From Amphiscolops sp. MND2022 (Eukaryota), in NCBI GenBank assembly GCA_964187785.1, contig OZ076409.1, positions 97,094,001 to 97,158,000 of the forward strand: DNA of 64,000 nt, written 5' to 3'. Below, one piece after another: positions 11,400-23,400 of this stretch. Position 1 is the first letter of the stretch; every line of letters begins with the position of its first letter. Made by a program: the position numbers and the translations under genes. The notes under the pieces are model-generated. The model searched no databases. It was not told the DNA's origin and saw nothing but the letters and a program-made list of their open reading frames with translations.

Positions 11400-14252
11400 A
11401 AAGAAATAGTTAATAATGTCTTGAACTTGCAAGATTGGCAGATACAAATAAAACAATGCTAACATAAATTCTGTTCATTGAAGGTGTTGATGAAGGTATT
11501 TCACATAATTTGAAGAATTTGGGCTTTAATTGAAATTTGTATATCTGGGTTCAGGAATTCCATGATTTGGTTGGCGCGGTAACAAGCACGATACCAAAAA
11601 TTATCTTTTAGGGCTTCACAGCGCAAGCTTGGTAATTTGAAACGCGTGCCTCTTCTAGTAGAGTTTTCCATTTCATAATATTGGCCGAAATCCACATTGT
11701 ATTTATTGCTTATAATTTTGAAAAGTAAAAGAAGTTCTTTCAATTCTTGGTAATAGAGAATGGGTAGCAGTTCAAGTTGAAGTAAGCGCTCTTTGTAGTT
11801 TTCGACTGGCAAAATCCAGTAAGTTACTCTTTTGTTCGTAGCGTTTAATTGCCTCATATCAGAGCGCGATGGCCAGTAGCATTCGGATGCATATAGCAGG
11901 GTAGGAATTAGCAATGACTTGTAGATGTTAATTTTGGATTTAATGTTCACGTTCAGGGTGGTGTTTCGCCGTATCATTTGGAAAACTCTCAATGTCTTCA
12001 TAGATCGATTTTCAATGTGGTTGTGCCATTTCAAGTTTTGGTTCATAATTAGACCAAGATTTGTACATGTTTCTTCAATTTTAAGGTTAAGACCCGATAT
12101 TACAAGCTGTGCATCTACAACGCCCCTAACAGGCATGATGCTGCACTTTTTGGCATTGAGATAGAGGTTGTTGACATCGCACCAGTTTTGAATTCTAGAT
12201 ATGTCTTCCTAAAATTTGCAAAGATCTCCTTTTTTTCCGATGTTGAGAGCAGTAAGGTCGTCTGCAAACATGTAGGCAGTGGCAATGAGAACATTTGAGG
12301 GTAGATCATTGACAAATATCAAGAACAAAGGCGGGCCCAGTATTGACCCCTGAGGGACTCCACCTCGAACATTGACAGATTCAGAGGTAATGTCCTCAAA
12401 AGTTACGGATTGGGTTCTTCCGGTAAGATAGATTCGTAGAAGATCGAAGAAACTTTGATGGAGTCCAATTTGAGCAAGCTTTTTTAGAAGGATTTCATGG
12501 TATATACTGTCGAACGCCTTTTGGAAGTCAAAAAGTATGAGGGCTAATATGTCATTAGACCATGAATCATAAATTTTCGATAACGTTTGGAGGATCCGTA
12601 AAACTGGAGACCGTCCAGGTCGAAATCCGTATTGGCGGTCGCTGCAGAACTCATTGAAGCATCGAAATATATTATCATACATGATCTTCTCAAGAACTTT
12701 GGATCCGATGTTTAGAAGGCTTATAGGCCTATAGTTTTGGACATCAGTTTTGGAACCCTTTTTAAAGACAGGAATAACATTCGCATGTTTCCATATCCTA
12801 GGGAAAGTCTTGGTCCGGACAATCTTTTTGTACAAATTTAGCAGTGAGGGTATAATATCTGGGAGAGAGTTCTTGTAAAATTGCGGGGGAAGAGAATCAC
12901 TGCCTTTACTCTTGCGGAGCTTGAGAGCACTGAGGTGTTTGTGAATGTCTTCTTTATCGAATTGAAGGCGTACACTACCACCTGAGGGAATAAGAACATT
13001 TGTTTCAGTGGAGAGCGAAGGCCAAATGGAGCTGAAATATTGGTTGAAAAGGTTGGCTTTGTCGACTGATGTTCTAGCTTTCTTTGATTTCCAGTGTATT
13101 TCACTCGCGGATATTTCCTTACCAAGTATTTTCAGATATCCGAACAGTTCTTTAGTGTCTCGATTGAGAATTATTTTGTTCTCGTAGCAAGTTTTGTCTT
13201 CGGATAGGTTCCCGTTTAGTTTGGTCTTGATCAGATCAAATTTCCGTTTCGTAGCTTCATTGCAATGATCTTTCTCCAGAAGCTTCTCTGCGGTGTTCAG
13301 TTTCTTCATGAGATTTGAAGATTCTTGACTTACCCAAGGAGGAAGCGAATAACGGTGTTGGGTGCGTTTGGGGCAATGTTTTTCTAACTTTTTGTTGACC
13401 CAGTCATACCATTCGTCCAACATTTTATCGATATTCGAATAACATTTGGGTAAAAAAGGATCGTTAATGATGTCAGATTTCAATGATATGAAGTTGCATC
13501 AACAGAAGCTGTAAGTTTTTGTGTTGATACGCTTGGGAAGGTCTACATCAAACGAAATTGTTAACGATATAGATCTGTGATTAGATTTAACTGTTGATGA
13601 CTCAAAGTCTTGGTCTATTTGAATATTTTCGATTTGGTCTGGAGCGGTGGTCAATACGATGTCTAAAAGACTAGAGTTCGTCGTGTTGAATTGTACAGCT
13701 TGAGCGAGGTTATAGCTGTCAATTAGTTCCAAAATCGCTGACTGATAAGGGTCCTCCGACGTTTGGCTGTTCCAATTTGTTTTATCTATATTCAGATCAC
13801 CCATAAGTGTCCACCAATCACATCGCTGTTTGCTTAAAAATTTCATGGCAATTTTGAAGTCTTTTATGGTTAGTCTATAGGGACTGTTTTCAGGAGGATT
13901 GTAGAGGATACAACAGCAGAAAGATGAAGAACCACGACTAATTATCGCAGCTGAGCATGTTTGTTGTAAATTTGTAGTTGGCATGGGGAGGGGCAAGTGG
14001 GAAATGTTGGTCTTGATTCCAAGCAAGGCACCTCCATGTTTAGTTGAAGAATTTGTAGTTGGCCGGTCGCCTCGGAATATTGAATAACTTGGAAGGAATA
14101 ATTCAGCATTTTTCATGTCCGGTGTAAGCCAAGTTTCAGTTAGACACAACAAGTCAAAGTTAGAGATCAGAATAGATTGAGAAAACTTTTGCCTTCTCGG
14201 GCGAGTTTTAATGCTTCGGAGGTTGAAGAGCAAGATTTTCAAAGGTAGTCAT
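11400..14252 (-). pseudogene. LINE ORF2 (APE endonuclease plus reverse transcriptase), disrupted
   Basis: Motifs LCLTETWL, MGDLN, SNH, NYRPISLL, DFQKAFD, GVPQGSILGP, FADD and C-terminal CICQSC. In-frame stops at 13499, 12209 and 11501, and an apparent frameshift just after the ATG that overlaps the ORF1 stop. Confidence 0.92.
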
Positions 14253-14331
14253 TTCTCTTTTTCCTCGTTGGTTGAGGGGAAAAATTCCTTGCCTTTGACG
14301 ATTAATTTTAGATCTCTTATCTTGATGTTCT

Positions 14332-14749
14332 GGGTTAGGGACAATTTGCCGAAAGACAATTTGCCGAAAATTGACTCAGGGACAATTTGCCGAATTTTTT
14401 TCGGCAAATTGTCCCTATGAATTTGCCGAATTTTGTAGGGACAATTTGCCGAATATGCCCCCATTTCCTCTAGTGCCCCGCGGCCCCTTGGGGCCGCCTA
14501 TGTTCCCATCTTGCTAAGCGAGGTCGAACAGGAGCAAAGACCTAGCGGGAACGGAGATCGCGAAGCGATCGTAGTGGGAGCTGGTCTTTGCGACGGTGAG
14601 GGCAAGCGTGCATACACCGTATATGACCCCATATTAGGTGAGGAAACCCAATTTGCCGAATGTCAGGGACAATTTGCCGAAAAAAAATCGGCAAATTGTC
14701 CCTGAGTCAATTTTCGGCAAATTGTCTTTCGGCAAATTGTCCCGTATCC
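14332..14749. mobile_element. MITE with long repetitive TIRs (GGGACAATTTGCCGAA units)
   Basis: Inverted arms of ~65 bp; TSD GATGTTCT at 14324-14331 and 14750-14757. Confidence 0.9.
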
Positions 14750-15015
14750 GATGTTCTTTGGTGATTCGCCTGCGTTGATCAACTCACGTCGAGTTTTGAT
14801 GAGTTCATGCTCGAGTGTTTGTTCTTCTCGATTGAGAGCTCTGCTCAAAAAGATTGGTTTTCCATATTCTTTGAGCATGTATCCTTTAGAAAGATTCTTT
14901 TTGACATCCCATGGGTTGGAGAGACAGACTAGCAGCGTTCGTGGTCTTTTTTGATCGGATTTGAATTTTCCTATTCTCCGCAAATCCACTATTGTGGGAG
15001 ATTCACCGATAAAAT

Positions 15016-15365
15016 GGGTGGGCGGAAATAGGTCGAAGGAACGGGATCGAAAATCAGAGTTAGTCCTCAGGTCGACAATACCAAATTTTTGAATGGGATC
15101 GAAACAACTCGGATCGAAATTTTTATAACGTAGTCAGATATGTTCACATACCCCTAGTGCCCTGAATGCAGGAGCGAAGCGAAGCGGAGCGACGTGCCAT
15201 ATGGCCATGCCTCAATGTTGCTACTTGGCGAAGGGAGCGAAGCGACCGAGCCTTACAACAAATACGATAAAATTCGACCGCATTCCATTCGATCCCTGTA
15301 ATTCGATCAAAAGGTTCGACCTCAGTCCTTTCGACCAGAAAAATTCGACCTATTTACAGCCACCT
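15016..15365. mobile_element. Mutator-like MITE
   Basis: Imperfect TIRs ending in AAATAGGTCGAA; 9-bp TSD CGATAAAAT at 15007-15015 and 15366-15374. Confidence 0.85.
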
Positions 15366-16312
15366 CGATAAAATCAAGTATATCAGATAGGGAATGATAA
15401 TTGTGGTCCAACAGTTTTTAACGGTACTGGCCCGTTTTATCACTGTTGAGATCAAATTCGTGGATGCCATCAATTCTGAATTGATGACTTGTTGGTACAT
15501 TGGGCATATTTTCAGATTTTACAGAATCTTGAGCAGATGAAGGAAGGGTTTTCGAAGAGCTAGACTTTTTAGTTCAGCAATTGATTTTTGAAGCAAAGCC
15601 AATGATTCTTTGATTGGTTTCAAAGACACCTCAAAACTTTCGATAGTACGGGTCAGAAGAGATTCGGACTCGCTTTTCAACACTTTGAAAGAACTATCAA
15701 ACTTTTCATCAAATTTTGAAGTAGAAATTGGAAAGGTCTCACCGGATTTATTGCAGGATTGGCATTTCCATAGTAACCCTGGGACTTTCTTCAGTTGAGA
15801 CAGGATGCTTGAGGGTACACGGACACAGTCATTGTGGAACCAAATCGCACATTGATGGCACTGCAGGCTTCCACTCTTGCATTCCTCGAGACATTGGCCA
15901 CAAGGAAATTTGGTCGAAGTGCACCCATCGCTGGTAGAGTTCGTTCTCCCATCTCTCATCATAATCGGAAACTTTAATAAGTTTAATAAGTTTATATAAC
16001 GCCGACTCGAGACGTTCCCGTTTTGTTTGACAAACTTCTAACTGCTTTCAGGTGAATGATGAAAAGCGGATCCTTCAACCAGTATAAAAATAATCGCTGA
16101 TATGAAATTCAATTAGTTGGACGAATTTTAATTTCGCGGCGTTGGAGATAGTTTCATTTTTCAGCTCAATGAAAAGTCACCTGTTTGTTGTTTTTGTGCA
16201 TGAGGGTCAATCCTCCCCCGGAATGAGGATATGTGGACTACCTTTTGGAGGCTTCTCTTTTGTCCTCTGTATAAGTTAAATTTGAATACGTTATCTTGTA
16301 CCTTTCAGGCGT

Positions 16313-16563
16313 ATGTCATCAAAAGATGTTGTGGATGGCTTCGAGAGACTAGAGGAGATAAATGTGTCACGTGGTGCTTCTCAGGGTTTGAGTGTGAGTC
16401 AGCAGCAGCACGTAATGGAGACCTCCTCTGCATCTTTGTCACCTTCCGCTGGGAATCGTAATGAGGGTAAACAACAGGCCTCGGACCCCAGCAGTGCTTT
16501 CGATCAACCACCTGTTGCCAAAGTTCCCAAAAAGGGTATCCTCAAGTCAAAAGACACTTCCAG
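16313..16563 (+). CDS. PPP1R2: Protein phosphatase 1 inhibitor-2 (IPP-2), coding exon 1
   Basis: Acceptor TTTCAG ends 16308, ATG at 16313, KKGILK (SILK-type PP1 docking motif), phase-2 donor AG|GTACGG. Confidence 0.9.
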
Positions 16564-16864
16564 GTACGGCTATTGTAATTCCCAAAATTTTTGAAATGGA
16601 CTTTGAAGTAATTTTGTAAATCCCAGCATTTTTGAGTGTTCATTTTGCGAGCTAGCGAAGACTAGCGCAGAGTAACATTGATTGGTTACATTTAGGATAC
16701 ATTTAGCTAGGACAAGTTTCACATTTAGCCTGTGCATCGTAATTTTTATTGTAAACGGTATTGGCTATGACCTACTCTATTATAACCGGAGCTGAATTAT
16801 GATTTCAATATTTGGACTCTAAACATGGATTTGAGTGAACGTCATTGGTTGGTGACTGTTTCAG

Positions 16865-17033
16865 AGATCACGTAGCAGACGCACCTCTGAGGTTTGACGA
16901 GATGAACATCCTGGCCACTCTGCACCCTGTGGACAAAGACTACGGACACATGAAGATAGACGAGCCAAAAACTCCCTACGAGAGGGGCTCCTTCCATTCG
17001 GATCATGAGGAGGACCAGGAGTTAGACGCCCAG
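16865..17033 (+). CDS. PPP1R2: IPP-2 coding exon 2
   Basis: [30 protein letters not shown] is the I-2 signature including the PxTP phosphosite. Phase-2 acceptor TTTCAG; ends at CAG|GC. Confidence 0.95.
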
Positions 17034-17104
17034 GCATGCTTGCTTTTGTACCATTGAGCAGAATTATGCATTCCATTTCACATTTTCCGCTTTTTATTAT
17101 TTCT

Positions 17105-17560
17105 GCGATAGCAGGAATGTTATTGAAATCTGAATTATTGAACTTTTTTCAGTTCAATTTTTGTCGTGATTTCGAGTACCTACGGAAAAATTTCAGATAT
17201 TTTGTTCGGCAGTGAGTATAAGCGTGAGATTCAAATTTCTCGAGCTGCCGACAACGATTCGTTTCTCGTGCGATGGAACGAGCGAGTGGTAATTATGCAT
17301 TCGTACCCGAGTTATTGAGATGAAACGAATAAACGAGTGTTAAATATTCGTTCGGCGAGAGCTTCGCCTGCATTCAAATGCGAATGCGAAACTCCGTCTA
17401 AGCTTGGTAGTTGTGTTTCCTTTAGTCCGAGAAGAATTAAAGACGGTGTAAACTGGTAGTGATTAATTGTGCGCTATTTAAATGAATAACATATGCTTCT
17501 ATTATTTCAACATGAAAGCCCAAAAGCAGAAATAATACTGTGCCCCGCAGGGACCTGTTT
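17105..17560. repeat. Dispersed repeat; related copies at 56118-56560 and 57160-57320
   Basis: Shared blocks TTGTTCGGCAGTGAGTATAAGCGTGAGAT, GAGAAGAATTAAAG and TGTGCCCCGCAGGG. Confidence 0.8.
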
Positions 17561-18665
17561 CATCTCAGAGGACCGTGCACATCAGTATACTCAGTATTGT
17601 CGTCAAGCAAATAAAAACTAAAAAACTTCACTGAAATATCCGGTGAAGGGGTTTGGCCCTGCACATGGTCCGATGTGCACCAGTTTTTGGACCAAAACGG
17701 ATCTGCTCCAGGGGAGTTTAGTGGCCAGATCGGGCCTCCCAAATCGGACCATGTCAAATGTTGTTCACATCGGATCAAAACCGCGTTCACACCGGACCTT
17801 CGCTAAATTCAGCGAAAAAATGCCCCAAAAGGCATGAAATTACGTACATAGTCATGAAATCATGAGGAAAAAAAGTCTAGAAAAACATGCGGGTTACGAA
17901 GTGTGAAACCCTATTTATCATATTTTGACAATTTGAGGCTTTCCCATGTGTAGAATAACGTGGTAATCTGTGTTAAAATAGTTCTTGGATGCCTGTGAGA
18001 AAGACATTTTCTGTAGAATTTCTGGCTAAAAACAGTTCTGAGGCAGGTTAAAGGTTCCGAAGTCCGAAACCCACTTTTTTACCAATGCAAAGTGTTCAGT
18101 ATGCAATATTCAGACACCGTATGAAAAAAAACATACCTAGAGTCTTCATATTTTCTGCACTCTTTAACGTGGTGATATTTAAAATTAGGTCCGAAAATTT
18201 TTCGTGTTCCAGCCTAGCGATTCAGTCTTGTAGTTCGTGTTGGAGGTGAATGAAATGGTTGGATTTCCGGCGACTTAGCAATGAATGTTCAACGAGATTT
18301 CTCTCGTGATCATCAGATAACACTCTGGTAATTACCAAAATATTCTCGCTGAACATTCATCAGAAAGTTGTCAGGAGTTCATGATTGTATCAGTAAAGGT
18401 TATAGCGCTCTTGCCATCAAGCTTTAAAAAGCACAAAAAACTTCTAATATACAATTGTAATCTTTTGATCGGTTTAATTTTATTTTAAAAAAGATTAAAT
18501 AGGACATTGAGTTTTTTATTGACAGATCCATCTTATCGAGACATTTTTCTATGAATGATTCTTGCTTCAAAATATTGATAGTATTGCTTTGAAAAGCGTG
18601 TTTGAATTACACAAGGGAGAACTCTGAAGACACACTGTTCTGAAGTTGAGTTGAGATTTCGTATG

Positions 18666-20460
18666 TCACCGAAAACCTGTGTTTTCAACCTGATCGTAAT
18701 TCACATCCAGAAGCGAAATTCTTGTTGACAACAGTTGAAACGACGTCAACGTGTTTATGAAGTCACTGAGTTGACCAGTAGGTGGTTCTGCGCCATCCAT
18801 GACATTCGGTGCGATTTTGAAGACCAGCAAATTTGTCTTCTGGTCGTCAAACCAACAAAACTTCAAATAGCCCGATCTCAGGTTGAGAACAGTTCCATTT
18901 GGACAGCCGTTCCGGACGTAAATAGTGCAATGGGAGCGTACTGAAGCTTTCCGAAAATGAGTTTAGCATTGCGCGAAGAAGAATTTTTTTCAAACTCCTC
19001 GAGCTCATCCAGGTGGCTTCTTCCATATTCGAGCACTCTGTTCCTTGTCTTCGACGCAACTTCGAATAACGGTAAGCGCTGTGATGTTACCATCTGTTGA
19101 ACGACTCTTCTTTGAAGCTTTTTCGTGTGTTTCAGGCACACCTCGGGTACAACTTTAAAAATGTTAATTCTTTTATACAGAGAGCTTTTCAGTGCGATCA
19201 ACTGCTCCGTGAACACGAGCAACTCGTTGATTTCTTTCTGAATCGTTTTGCCCTCTTTGAACTCATCCTTGTTGTTCATCCACGTCTTGAGGACAACGAA
19301 GGCCGAGAGACCCTTTGACTCAACGATCATTTCCGCAAGTCTCCGTTTTTTGAATTCTGCATTTTTGTCGGTCCATGACCGCAGTTGATTTTGTGCAACT
19401 TCTTGGAGCTTGACCTGAGTTGAAGTCCTCCAGAAATTTCTGGAAGTTGATGCCGTTCGTCTTCTTTAGAGCACTCATGGGATCTGTGCTCTCTTTGTTC
19501 GCATCATAGACCCGAGCCATGAACTCTTGCGGTATATCGTTCTGAAAAGAAAAAACATGTTTGTCGTTATGTCCTTTTGAGCACAGATGAAGAAGTCGTA
19601 GGCATTTAGAGATTTTCGATGTCCTAATATTCGTAAAGTGCGACGCGCTCATCCAGTTCTCTCCAACTAACTGGTAGATTTTCCTCAACGTCTTCTCTCT
19701 ACTCGTTCGCTTTCTAGAATAAAAGGAAAATAAGTGTTAATCAAGACTTCATTCATCAACCACGGTAAAACCAGTCTGAATTTCACAACTCTGCGTCCTC
19801 AGTGTGGAAACAGTTACCTTTTAGATGCAATGCAGCGGTGTCCTGAAGTTGCTCTGAAAAAAAAACGAACAGATCCGTTGAGCCTTTTAAATTGCTAATA
19901 ACTCCAAAATTATATCATGGCTAAAGATTTATCTCTCGTTTGCTCTGGACATCGATCATCTCTAGGCAGCGTGTCGCAGTTTGAACCCGAAAATTCAGAC
20001 AGGGCGACCTCAGTGACTTTATCAGCTGGGCCTATAAAGTAATCTATTTTCCACAAGTTAGCTAGAAGCTTTCCATTCTTTTTTTCCAGAGACTTGCTTT
20101 CCAGAGAGATTTTGAAAAAAAAAATTAAACGTGGTTCTAAATTAATGACAAAGAACCTTGGGCGCTTTTGAGCAATGAGAGGTGTACAGACGGTGAATTG
20201 AATTGGAGGTCTTCTGAGGTTAGGAACATTTTGGAACAAGAAAACTTTACCTTTATTATCGACAACATATTGCTCAAACTTCCTGCATTTGGTCGAAAAT
20301 TGATCCTGAAAAATATTTAACAATTAACGAAACTGTTGGGAAGTGAAAACAAGGTTTGGATAAATTCCAACCTGGACCGCAAGTCTTTTTCTTGAAGTCG
20401 GGATCCAACAGCGCTCTACTGGAAGAATCTTAAATTTCTTATGGTCCAGAGAACTTATAG
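18666..20460 (-). pseudogene. Frameshifted, probably spliced, unidentified gene remnant at the left end of the array
   Basis: Abutting minus-strand ORFs 19320-19688, 18878-19330 and 18666-18866, plus 19910-20323. Candidate intron with donor AAAG|GTAACT (~19817) and acceptor TTCCTTTTATTCTAG (~19715). Confidence 0.45.
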
Positions 20461-23400
20461 AAAAAAAGTAACAATGATTGTTTTACCACGGAGATCGATT
20501 GTCGAAGTGGAAGTGTTCTCTTCGGCTTCACTATCAGTGTGTACGAGTTCAGGTGGAAGAACAGTTTTTCTTCCTTCACTTTGACATTCTCCGAACGCCA
20601 CCAGAGAAGTTTAGTGTCGCCCCCGTAATTGTAGATGACCTAGTCACCAGGGGCAATATCTCGGGGGGCTTCCAGTTTGATATAAAACCACTTCTGTCTG
20701 AAGCAAAAAAGTTTAGTTGGACAACATTGGGGGAAAACGGTAAGATTTTGATTTAATCAAAAATCGTGAATGTCTTTTGATCAGATAGAAATGTTGATCT
20801 TAAATCTAAAAGTGTTATCAATAGAGCTACTGCATTTTTCGCACCAGCAGATGCTATTTTATGACCGCATTGGGCGACGATGGTTATCGTTCACCAAACG
20901 TGGTAAACCCTACACCTGATCCTTCCCATCCAGGAAAATACGTGCATCAGGGACTGCAAAGAGGTAGTGAGGTATATGATAGAGGACTGCAAAGAGGTAG
21001 TGAATCGTATAATATTCCTCTTCGGTCAAAAGTTCCCACGGAAAAAAAGTAAGAAAAACCCCTTTTTGAAGTGCCGTGAAGCGACGACATCCTTTCCTTT
21101 TCCAGTGATCTGTCACTTCGAAGCACTCAGGATCTTCCCTCAAGAACATGTCGAATGTTTTTACTTCATTCTTCAGAAGTTTGTTGCCTACACAGAAGTT
21201 TTTGGATTGAGAAATGAGTACTTTCGTTGAAAGATCAACATTCTTTTCCGGAAATTTCTAGAAAAAACTCTTATGCAAAGAAAAACTGTAGAACTCACTT
21301 CTAGTTAAACGACGTTCCTGGGTTCAGTATTTGGATGTTGTATCTCCTACTGACCCACTCTCAATTCCAAGGTTCGTTGACGACTTGGAAAAACACAAAA
21401 CCTAAATATGATTGTAATCTTTTGATCGGTTTAGTTTCAAAAAACTAACTAGGACCTTGAGGTTTTTCTTGACAGATCCAGCTTGTCGAGACATTTTTCT
21501 TTGAATGGTTCTTTCTTCAAATTATTGATAGTATTGCTTTGGAAAGCGTGTTTGAATTGCACAAGGGAGAAATCTGAAAATACACTGTACTGATTTTTAA
21601 GATTTAAGATTAAGCATGTCACAAAAAATTTTCAACCTAATCGTATTTCCTATCCAGAAATCGTAGGAGAAACATACCTAGAGTCTATAATTTTTTGCGT
21701 TCTTTAACGTGGTGATATTGAAAAGTAGATCCAAGAATTGTTCGTAAGCCAAATTTGCCAAAAACTGAGGTGTACCCAAAAAATTAACCAAATTTTGGCT
21801 GTTTTCCACATTATTGAAGTCAAAACGATTTTGTTGGAGGTTTGAAAATATACAGCATCCTAGAAAGTTCTGGTTGAAAGATTGAATTTGGAGAATATGA
21901 CAGATTGTCGAACAGGACGATAGTATAATTGTAGTTGATTATAGGCAAGTTGTAATTTCCCACTATATATAGTTTCCACACCATGACATCCATACTTTAG
22001 GGTACCATGGGTTAAAGTATACAAGGCAACATTAAGGTTATAAATAGCAACATGATCACAGTTACGTCATGTTACGTAACCTACTAAAAAGGAATAAGAT
22101 TGCATCAAAGAGACGATGGTTAAATAATCATAAATATTTACATGCAAGCAACACATCATGTCTTTATAATACTACAAAATAAATACTTGGCTAAGCGTCA
22201 AAATGACTGCACTAAAGGTCTTACTAGTTACATGTAATCGAAAGTGGACGCACCGTCCTTCTAACTATAGTAAGCAACTAATCATTTAAGCACTGTTATT
22301 GGCTGATTGCTAATATGACCACGCGTCAACTGGACTGCAGCATTGTACCAGTTGAACGCGTTCCCTTTCTTACAATTTCTAGCACCCTTAAACAATACAT
22401 AAATGTACGCAAAACAATCTTATTTAGCATTTCATGGAATATTACACTTTTGCGCTTTGAATCCGTACTAGTTCACAATTAAACATGTATCAATCTATAT
22501 AATATCATAATGGTTGGTGAATAAAGCACAATAAAAAAATCCTGTGCGGTCAATTTTGACCTTAAGTCAAAATACCAAATGATGAAGTTACGGTCTGGAT
22601 AGGCAAAAGTTAGAACAATTGGATAATTCGTGTACAAAATTAGTAGGCTAAGTATGAAATGAGAGTTTTGGAGTTTATTTTAGATTGGTATCACGCCAGG
22701 GGCTGGAATTGTATTGTCGTTCTCAGTCTGTATTCGATATGAAAGTATTGTCTGAAGCAAAAAAAGTCATCATTGAACGCAGGGACGAATTATTAAGTGT
22801 TTCCAACCTAATCGTATTCCACATCCAGAAATCGTTGAAAAAAAAACAAACGTACTTAGAGTCTTTAGTTTTTCTGCGCTCGTTAACTTGGTGATATTTA
22901 AAAGTAGGTGACTTCATCACCAGGGGCAATATCTTGGAGGGCTTCCAGTTTGATATGAAAGTTCTTGTCTGGAGCAAAAAAGTTATCATTGAACGCAGGG
23001 TCGAATTATTAAGTGTTTCCAAGCTAATCGTATTCCACATTCAGAAATTGTTGAAAAAAAACAAACAAACGTACTTAGAGTCTTTAGTTTTTCTGCGGTC
23101 TTTAGCGTGGTGATATTTAAAAGTAGGTGACTTCATCACCAAGGGCAATATCTTGGAGGGCTTCCAGTTTGATATGAAACTTCTTTTCTGAAGCAGAAAA
23201 GTTTAGTTGGACAACATTGGGGAAAAACGGTAAGATTTTGATTTAATCAAAAAACGTGAATGTCTTTTGATCAGTTAGATATGTGGATCTTAAATCTAAA
23301 AGTGTTATCAACTGAGCTACTGCATTTTTCGCACCAGCAGATGTGAACGATTTTATGAGCGCATTGGGCGACGATGGTTATTGTTCACCAAACGTGGTAA

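Larger units (their letters stand above)
14249..15962 (-). pseudogene. LINE ORF1 with N-terminal PHD finger, split by two MITEs
   Basis: CGQC...CHQCAIWFHNDC...WKCQSC (C4HC3), coiled coil, then RRIGKF...RPRTLLV. Removing the MITE at 14332-14749 rejoins ESPKNI|KIRDLKL. Confidence 0.85.
11396..16020 (-). mobile_element. Degenerate non-LTR retrotransposon (CR1/L2 group) with PHD-finger ORF1
   Basis: ORF1 followed by APE endonuclease and RT domains. It carries in-frame stops and two MITE insertions. The 5' boundary is approximate. Confidence 0.9.

Noticed and set aside
11052..11465. ORFs containing X runs
   Set aside because: Artefacts of the 200-N gap.
15519..15962. Host PHD-finger chromatin gene
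   Set aside because: It is collinear with the rest of LINE ORF1 and ORF2, so it belongs to the retrotransposon.
17556..17570. TCATC as the left TSD partner of the LTR end at 40269
   Set aside because: It is not followed by a TG terminus, and a 5-mer match is expected by chance. The left boundary of the array-associated element remains undefined.
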